From the NCBI GenBank assembly GCA_964457935.1, contig CAYWFC010000002.1, positions 1 through 59,521 on the forward strand: a DNA stretch of 59,521 bases. Reading direction: 5' to 3'. The DNA comes from an uncultured Lachnospiraceae bacterium. Lineage in GTDB: Bacteria; Bacillota; Clostridia; Christensenellales; UBA1242. The notes under the pieces are model-generated. The model worked only from the letters and a program-made list of their open reading frames with translations. It was not told where the DNA came from and did no database searches. Position numbers and translations under genes: made by a program. Of the stretch, positions 54,155 through 59,521 are shown in pieces. Numbering within the stretch: the stretch's first letter is position 1; each line of letters begins with the position of its first letter.

Positions 54155-54763
54155 ATGAATATTCCAATTATTATTTCTGGACCAAGTGGCGTGGGAAAGG
54201 ATACTTTAGTAAAATCAATAACAAGTACTTATCCTGAAATAAAGGAAGCAGTTGGTTATACAACAAGAAAACCAAGAGAGAACGAGGTAGATGGCGTTGA
54301 CCTAAACTTTGTGTCCAAAGATTATTTTCGATACTTGATTGACCATGACATGTTGATAGAATACGCGATTTTTAATAATGAATTTTATGGTATGCCAAAG
54401 ACAGAATTGACTAAATTAAAAGATCAAAAAATGATATACAATATTGGGGTGTCTGGTGCAAGGACAATTAAAGAGTTAATCCCCGAGTCAATTGCTATTT
54501 TGTTGATTCCCCCATCTTATGATGAATTGGTATATCGTTTGGGAAATAGGGGGAAAGAAAGATTAAAAAACATGGCATCAGATTTAAAAGAGGCATCAAG
54601 CTTTTTCGACTATTGTTTAGTGTCGAAAATGGACAAGGTTGGTGAACTTGTTGAAAATTTTAAAGATATTTTATGTGGACATGGTGAAGAATATAGGATT
54701 GAAAATTATTTTAATCAAATTAAAGATATAACACATATCGATGAAAATGAACGTGTGATGTAA
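54155..54763 (+). CDS. guanylate kinase-family P-loop kinase (accessory copy, atypical P-loop GKDT)
   Basis: IIISGPSGVGKDTL, GYTTRKPRENEVDGVDLNFVS, EYAIFNNEFYGMPK, LLIPPSYDELVYRLGNRG align with Gmk blocks. RBS AAAGGAGA. Own promoter at 54094-54122. Confidence 0.75.
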   Translation: MNIPIIISGPSGVGKDTLVKSITSTYPEIKEAVGYTTRKPRENEVDGVDLNFVSKDYFRYLIDHDMLIEYAIFNNEFYGMPKTELTKLKDQKMIYNIGVSGARTIKELIPESIAILLIPPSYDELVYRLGNRGKERLKNMASDLKEASSFFDYCLVSKMDKVGELVENFKDILCGHGEEYRIENYFNQIKDITHIDENERVM

Positions 54764-54788
54764 AATAAAAATATTTAGCGAGGAAAAG

Positions 54789-55727
54789 ATGAGATTGATT
54801 AAAGTTGATTTTAAAGATGTGAATTTGATTCAATCTATTAACAATTTTTTAAATTTAATATCTAGCGTTGATGTTAAGCAAACACCGGAATGGTTTATAG
54901 CTAGAGAAGAATGTGGATTTGCTATTTGCTTTGCAGAAGATAAAGGAATTATTGGCTATTGCAATGTGTTTATTAATGAGAATGAGGCTTATTTGCCGAG
55001 AGGTCCGGTCACAGTCGCTAATATGTTTGATGTGTGTTTAGATTCTTTATGTGATTATATAAAAAGTTTAGGATATTCTAAAATGCGATTAAATCCTAAA
55101 ATACAAGAAAAGTTAAAAACTGATAGAAATATTAATTGTTGTGATAAAAACGATTTTAGTAAGTTGAGAGAATCGTATAGAGAAGCTATTGTAGAATTAA
55201 AAAACAAATCGGAAAATGATTTGTTGTATGAGTTTAGCAGTTCTACAAGATATCATATTAGAAAAGCTTTAAACAATAATTTGATTATCAATCTAAGTGA
55301 AATTTGTGATTTAGATGATTTTTATTCAATTTATGAAGAAACTGCAATACGTCATAATTTTATACCACATAATAAACAATATTTTGAAAATCTGATAAAG
55401 GCTTTTAAAGAGAAAATATATTTTTGTAAAATAAGTTATAACAACGAAGTTGTTGCAATGAGTTTGAATATTTTACAAGGTGATACTGTTCATTACTTGT
55501 ATGGTGCGAGTTCATCTCAAAACAACAAACTTTATGCAGCGTACTTAATGCATTGGGTAATGATTAAGTATGCACTCAACAATGGTTTTAAATTTTATAA
55601 TTTTGGGGGTGTTTTTGCGAAAGATAATGAGGTTGATAGCAAGGATTACGGTTTATTACGATTTAAATCGGGATTTTGCAAAGGTGGCTTTATTGAATAT
55701 GAGCCTGATATGATTATTTTACTATAG
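54789..55727 (+). CDS. FemAB/FemX-family aminoacyl-tRNA-dependent aminoacyltransferase-like protein (312 aa, no coiled-coil insert)
   Basis: TRYHIRKALNNNLIIN...DDFYSIYEETAIRHNFIPHNKQYFENL and HYLYGASSSQNNKLYAAYLMHWVMIKYALNNGFKFYNFGGV...YGLLRFKSGF match FemAB-family (PF02388-type) blocks as I remember them. Confidence 0.65.
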   Translation: MRLIKVDFKDVNLIQSINNFLNLISSVDVKQTPEWFIAREECGFAICFAEDKGIIGYCNVFINENEAYLPRGPVTVANMFDVCLDSLCDYIKSLGYSKMRLNPKIQEKLKTDRNINCCDKNDFSKLRESYREAIVELKNKSENDLLYEFSSSTRYHIRKALNNNLIINLSEICDLDDFYSIYEETAIRHNFIPHNKQYFENLIKAFKEKIYFCKISYNNEVVAMSLNILQGDTVHYLYGASSSQNNKLYAAYLMHWVMIKYALNNGFKFYNFGGVFAKDNEVDSKDYGLLRFKSGFCKGGFIEYEPDMIILL

Positions 55728-55736
55728 GAGAAAGTT

Positions 55737-56279
55737 ATGAAAAATATATGTTTGTTAAATGAAAGATTAAAATCAAAAAATGGAGTTGTAAAATTTACAT
55801 ATGATAAATATTGGGATGCTATTAATGCTATATGCGAGGATATAAAGGAGAAAATAAAAACCGGAGAATATAAAGATATAGCATTGGTCGGTATGGCTAG
55901 GGGAGCATTGCCGATGTTGGTGTCTGTTTCTCATGAAATTGGCGTAAGGAAAGTGTCAATGATACAACTGCAGATGAGCAATTCCGATAACCCACATGAT
56001 TATGGAAAAGTGAAACTAATAAATAAATTTATTGATAAAGATGTTAAAAAATGTATTCTTCTTGAAGATATTATATACAAAGGACAAACTACTGGAGAGG
56101 CTATTAAAATACTAAAAGCTGAGGGGATTAAGGTGGAAAGCATATATTCGTTAATAGTGGATGAAGGATATGGCAAAATAGACAACAAACCAATAGATGT
56201 TGATATAAATTATGCATATTCGCTGAAAGCAGATGAGTGGGTAAACTTTTTGTGGGAAAAAGATTTAAGAAAGGAGTAG
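55737..56279 (+). CDS. type I phosphoribosyltransferase, Gpt (xanthine-guanine PRT)-like
   Basis: IALVGMARGALPMLVSVSHEIGVRKVSMIQLQ (cf Gpt [30 protein letters not shown]). PRPP loop KCILLEDIIYKGQTT. C-terminal DEWVNFLWEKD (cf Gpt TWIEQPWD). Confidence 0.65.
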   Translation: MKNICLLNERLKSKNGVVKFTYDKYWDAINAICEDIKEKIKTGEYKDIALVGMARGALPMLVSVSHEIGVRKVSMIQLQMSNSDNPHDYGKVKLINKFIDKDVKKCILLEDIIYKGQTTGEAIKILKAEGIKVESIYSLIVDEGYGKIDNKPIDVDINYAYSLKADEWVNFLWEKDLRKE

Positions 56280-56281
56280 AA

Positions 56282-57112
56282 ATGAAACAAAGTGGTTATA
56301 ATTTGTTATTTGAATTAACACAAAGATGTAATTTAAATTGTGAATATTGTTTCTATAGAGATTATGGACGTAGTCCATCGGAATTAAACTTTGGTCAATT
56401 TCAAGGAATTATTGACAAATATGAAAACATAAAAAATATTTATTTTACTGGTGGTGAATGCACTCTAGCTACTGATTTTGTTAGTATAATACGATTGGCA
56501 AAGATGCGTGCTAATGTTGCGATTTTTACTAATGGGTTAACAATTACAAATGATGAGTTTTATAATGATATAGATGAATATATCGATAACTATATTGTTA
56601 CATTTGATAATTTTAGCAGTGATTATAAATGTAGGTTGAATACAGATTCAACTATGGAAACGATTAAAAAAATCGCAAAGAACTCCCCAAATAAGTTGAT
56701 TGTTAAGATTTGTATCAATAAATACAATCTATCAAATTTAGAATTAACGATACAAGAATTAATTGCACTGGGAGTAAAAAAGATTTCAATTAATTTTGTG
56801 CATAACATTCAATCGAATAACATAAATTTTGAGTTGAGTAAAAATGAGTTGGAAGAAGTTTTTCACACTTTGGATAAGTATAAAAGTCATCTCTTTATTA
56901 ACTTTTATGATATGATAAAAAATTTTTATCTTAATGGAGATCGTTCTGTGGAAAGATATTGTCGTGCTGGGAAGTCCTTTTATTATTATGATTGCCAAGC
57001 GAACAAGAAGGATTGCCCCGCAGAATATTGTGAAGATAGGAACTGTTTAACAAAAGAATGTATTAGTATATTTGAAATGTTTGAGGAGAATGATGATGAA
57101 TATAGTGTTTGA
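56282..57112 (+). CDS. radical SAM enzyme with C-terminal Cys-rich twitch/SPASM-like extension
   Basis: ATG 56282 after AAGGAG. CNLNCEYC (CX3CX2C), FTGGECTL (GGE SAM motif). Tail CRAGKSFYYYDCQANKKDCPAEYCEDRNCLTKEC begins with the C-x-A-G signature of SPASM/twitch domains. Confidence 0.8.
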   Translation: MKQSGYNLLFELTQRCNLNCEYCFYRDYGRSPSELNFGQFQGIIDKYENIKNIYFTGGECTLATDFVSIIRLAKMRANVAIFTNGLTITNDEFYNDIDEYIDNYIVTFDNFSSDYKCRLNTDSTMETIKKIAKNSPNKLIVKICINKYNLSNLELTIQELIALGVKKISINFVHNIQSNNINFELSKNELEEVFHTLDKYKSHLFINFYDMIKNFYLNGDRSVERYCRAGKSFYYYDCQANKKDCPAEYCEDRNCLTKECISIFEMFEENDDEYSV

Positions 57113-57737
57113 AGGGATAAATGGTGCCGGTAAAACCACTATTATTAAAAAATTAGTGGAAATAATGAAAGATGCTGGTTTAAATGTTTATCAAATAGAT
57201 GAAATTAATGAGATGTCTCCCTTAAGTTCAGTATTATCAGAAATGTATAAGACCGATACATTTTTAAGAATGAAAAAAAGTTTTAACACAGTAATTACTG
57301 AATCCTTAATTCTTGCTGCAGATTATCATTTTTTACAAGAAGCCACAAAAAATTTACAAGGTTACAAAATATTCGATAGAGATATAATTACTCAAATTGT
57401 TTATCAAAAGTATTTTTTGGCTTCACTTTATGGAGATAATAATAGTTTTTTTGAGAATTGGGAAAAGTGCATAAAATTCAATATGAAAAAAATAGACTTG
57501 ATTGTGTATATTGATGTGCCAGATGAAGTTGGCTTGGAAAGAACGATACAAAGAGATGGTGCAACCTTTTATGAATCAGATATAAAAATTATGAGGGAAT
57601 TGCATAAATTGCAAAAACAATACGCCATAAAGTTTTGTGAAGAAAATTCTATTCCACTTATATTAATTGATGGAACAAAAAGAATAGATAAAAATGCGGA
57701 TTTCTTATATTCAAAAATAAAGGGAATAGAGTGTTAA
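57096..57737 (+). CDS. thymidylate kinase-family (dTMP/CMPK2-like) nucleotide kinase
   Basis: NIVFEGINGAGKTT P-loop, LILAADYHF, IFDRDIITQIVYQ (DR motif), DLIVYIDVPDEVGLERT lid region. GAGGAG RBS 57083-57088. Overlaps the radical SAM stop by 17 nt (start could be 57090, 57093 or 57096). Confidence 0.75.
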   Translation: MNIVFEGINGAGKTTIIKKLVEIMKDAGLNVYQIDEINEMSPLSSVLSEMYKTDTFLRMKKSFNTVITESLILAADYHFLQEATKNLQGYKIFDRDIITQIVYQKYFLASLYGDNNSFFENWEKCIKFNMKKIDLIVYIDVPDEVGLERTIQRDGATFYESDIKIMRELHKLQKQYAIKFCEENSIPLILIDGTKRIDKNADFLYSKIKGIEC

Positions 57738-57740
57738 ACT

Positions 57741-58212
57741 ATGATTTATATTGATTTTGATGGTGTGTTTGTTGACACATGGCCGTTGATATGTAGTATT
57801 ACAAAGAAGTTAATAATAGTGATCTAATAGAAGAGGAAAAACTGAAAAATTCATTTGCAGAACTTGATTGGGAGTTTGTATTGAATAACAGTTATCAGAA
57901 TAAACAAAACATTCAAATTTTGCAAAACTTAAGCGACGATGTTATTTCTAGTAAGATAAAAATATTAACAAAAGTAAATTCAAAAGAAGAAAAAAACAAA
58001 AGGAATTATTTCTAAAGAACAATAATATAAAAATAAAAATGTTCGCTGAGACTTTTGAGAGATTTAGGGCAGATGCAGTCGATCCTATGAATAACATTTT
58101 AATAGATGATGAAATAAAGAATTTAGATGAGTGGGAAAAGAAGGGCGGAAAGCCTATTTTATATAATAAAAATGATAATAATCGCGACTCTGCTGGGGGT
58201 GTAATATTTTAA
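57741..58212 (+). pseudogene. HAD-superfamily phosphatase (NT5C-like 5'(3')-deoxyribonucleotidase type) interrupted by two frameshifts
   Basis: Frame 1: MIYIDFDGVFVDTW (DxDG motif I), stop at 57825. Reading continues in another frame (YKEVNNSDLIEEEKLKNSFAELDW...ILTKVNSKEEK). After an A7 run (57990-57996) it continues in a third frame (...NNILIDDEIKNLDEWEKKGGKPILY, motif IV), stop at 58210-58212. Confidence 0.6.
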
Positions 58213-58262
58213 GTATAAAACAATACCAAGCTTGTCTGATAAAATTTTAAGGTAAAAAACTT

Positions 58263-58291
58263 TTGACATAAAATAGTTCTTGTGTTATACT
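58263..58291 (+). promoter_or_regulatory. promoter ahead of the Ham1-Nudix genes
   Basis: TTGACA (58263-58268)-17 nt-TATACT (58286-58291), TGT upstream of the -10. Confidence 0.6.
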
Positions 58292-58310
58292 AAACTTAGT
58301 GGAGGAGAGT

Positions 58311-58871
58311 ATGAAAGATTTAATTTATGTGACAGGAAACAAATATAAGATTTTTACTGCGAGGAAATTTTTAGAACCATATGGTATTAATGTGATAGGT
58401 AAAAAGATTTATTGTCCAGAAATACAAGAGGATTCAATTGAAGAGGTCGCTAAGTTTTCCGCTGAATATGCCAGCAAAGCATTGGGGTGTGCTGTTTTAA
58501 AAAATGATATGGGTTTAGTTATTCCAGCATTAAATGGATTTCCTTCTGCCTATACTCATTATGTTGAAGATACTCTTGGTGAGGATGGTATTTTAAAATT
58601 GATGGAAGGGGAAAAGAATAGAGAGGCTTATTTTTTGGAATGTTTGGCTTATGCCGAACCGGGCAAAGAAACAAAGATCTTTATTTCTAAAACAGAAGGT
58701 ACACTTGATTTTGAAAAAAGCGGAGATTATGGATGGAGTTGGGATAGAATTTTTATTCCTAAAGGACAAACTTCTACTATGGCAAATTTTAATGACGATG
58801 AGAGAGCTTCGTTTTGGTCTGAGGATGGGTACATTGATTTAAAAAATTTTATTATGCATGAAGATAAATGA
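58311..58871 (+). CDS. Ham1/RdgB (ITPase)-family non-canonical NTP pyrophosphatase-like protein
   Basis: ATG 58311 after GGAGGAG. IYVTGNKYK, PEIQEDSIEE, NDMGLVIPALNGFPSAY, REAYFLECLAY, WSWDRIFIP align with RdgB/Ham1 blocks (TGN.gK, EiqE, DDsGL.v.aLnG.PG, R.A.f, GYDPIF). Confidence 0.7.
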   Translation: MKDLIYVTGNKYKIFTARKFLEPYGINVIGKKIYCPEIQEDSIEEVAKFSAEYASKALGCAVLKNDMGLVIPALNGFPSAYTHYVEDTLGEDGILKLMEGEKNREAYFLECLAYAEPGKETKIFISKTEGTLDFEKSGDYGWSWDRIFIPKGQTSTMANFNDDERASFWSEDGYIDLKNFIMHEDK

Positions 58872-58890
58872 AATAATGAGGTGGGAAAGA

Positions 58891-59439
58891 ATGTTTAATT
58901 TGGTTAACGAGTTAAAAACTTATAAGGCTTTTGATAAAGAAGAAGAGTGTGATAGGCTGAAAACGCTTGAATTCCTGTCACAACAAACGAATTGTTTTTC
59001 TAGATCTAATTTACTGGGACATGTAAATGCTGGTGGACTTGTAGTAGATGGCTATGGAAATATCCTATTGAATCATCATAAAGTTTTAGATATGTGGTTT
59101 CAATTTGGTGGACATAGTGATGGGAATGAGAATTCTCTTGAGGTCGCCAAAAGAGAAATCGAAGAAGAGTCTGGTATTAAAGACATTAATTTGCTGACGA
59201 ATGGCATTTTTGATGTTAGTGTTAATTTGATTGATAATAATGAAAAAAAACACGAACCAGAGCATTATCACTATGATATTAATTTTTTGTTTAAAATATC
59301 AAGGAAGAATTTCATTGTATCTTCAGAATCTAAGGAATTAAAGTGGGTATCAATCGATGAAGCTTTAAAATTAATTAATTCCGATGATAAAAGCATGAGA
59401 AGGATGATTGAAAAATATAAAAAGATGTTAAATCTCTAA
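58891..59439 (+). CDS. Nudix hydrolase
   Basis: Complete Nudix box GGHSDGNENSLEVAKREIEEESGI (GX5EX7REUXEEXGU). ATG 58891 after GAGGTGGG. Confidence 0.85.
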   Translation: MFNLVNELKTYKAFDKEEECDRLKTLEFLSQQTNCFSRSNLLGHVNAGGLVVDGYGNILLNHHKVLDMWFQFGGHSDGNENSLEVAKREIEEESGIKDINLLTNGIFDVSVNLIDNNEKKHEPEHYHYDINFLFKISRKNFIVSSESKELKWVSIDEALKLINSDDKSMRRMIEKYKKMLNL

Positions 59440-59470
59440 TGAATTAACCATATTCTTAATAGAGGTAAAA

Positions 59471-59521
59471 ATGGAAACATTGAAAGCAGGGTGTTTTTTA
59501 GTAAACACAGAAACAAAAAGT
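59471..59521 (+). CDS. 5' end of a further gene (METLKAGCFLVNTETKS...), possibly a second Nudix-type protein
   Basis: ATG 59471 after AGAGGTAAAA. Open to the window end. The N-terminus resembles the first beta strand of Nudix proteins, but 17 aa is too short to call. Confidence 0.3.
   Translation, partial: METLKAGCFLVNTETKS

Noticed and set aside
56282-57112. Calling the radical SAM enzyme a prokaryotic viperin (pVip).
   Set aside because: Only the generic CX3CX2C and GGE motifs and the kinase neighbourhood fit. The Cys-rich C-x-A-G...C...C tail is a twitch/SPASM feature that, as far as I recall, viperins do not carry. I could not recognise the viperin C-terminal motifs. It is kept as an analogy only.
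55737-57112. 7-deazaguanine or toyocamycin-like pathway (PRTase plus radical SAM plus HAD).
   Set aside because: The rSAM does not resemble QueE (different cluster motif context and length). No QueC, QueD or FolE-like genes are present in the visible part of the cassette.
56282-57112. RiPP maturase interpretation (SPASM rSAM with a precursor peptide).
   Set aside because: No short precursor-like ORF, protease or exporter lies beside it. All neighbours are nucleotide enzymes. It is kept as a refutation scenario for the main hypothesis.
50520-59521. The AT-rich island as a prophage or an integrative conjugative element.
   Set aside because: No integrase, terminase, capsid, tail, relaxase or T4SS-type genes were recognised in the visible 9 kb. 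The right end is outside the window, so mobility remains undetermined.

Overview
This 59.5-kb chromosomal window appears to come from an endospore-forming Bacillota (Clostridia-like) genome. Supporting genes are spmA/spmB, two BclA-like collagen proteins, sepF-lspA-rluD, tig-clpP-clpX, truA-rplM-rpsI, PFOR and an EndoA-type MazF. Bases 1-50,450 are core housekeeping genes mixed with surface and variable genes. These include a 2929-aa giant protein, a 9x33-aa ankyrin-like repeat protein, a GT80 (PmST1-type) sialyltransferase-like lipoprotein, and two promoters carrying poly-G tracts in their spacers. The intergenic spacers there are strikingly repetitive and look built by tandem duplication. 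From about 50.5 kb to the window end the sequence becomes sharply more AT-rich and looks like an accessory island. It holds a Type II R-M pair, two orphan genes, and an XRE repressor with duplicated operators. It then holds a tightly packed cassette of nucleotide-handling enzymes: a YpsA/DUF1273 SLOG protein, a guanylate-kinase-like kinase, a FemAB-like aminoacyl-tRNA transferase, a Gpt-like PRTase, a twitch/SPASM-type radical SAM enzyme, a thymidylate-kinase-like kinase, a frameshifted HAD nucleotidase, a Ham1/ITPase-family protein and a Nudix hydrolase. I consider this cassette the best candidate for an undescribed system (modified or aminoacylated nucleotide synthesis, for defence, a natural product or DNA modification). 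All family calls come from motif recognition by eye. No database, HMM or structure searches were run. Many start codons were re-chosen from RBS and promoter context and remain uncertain.
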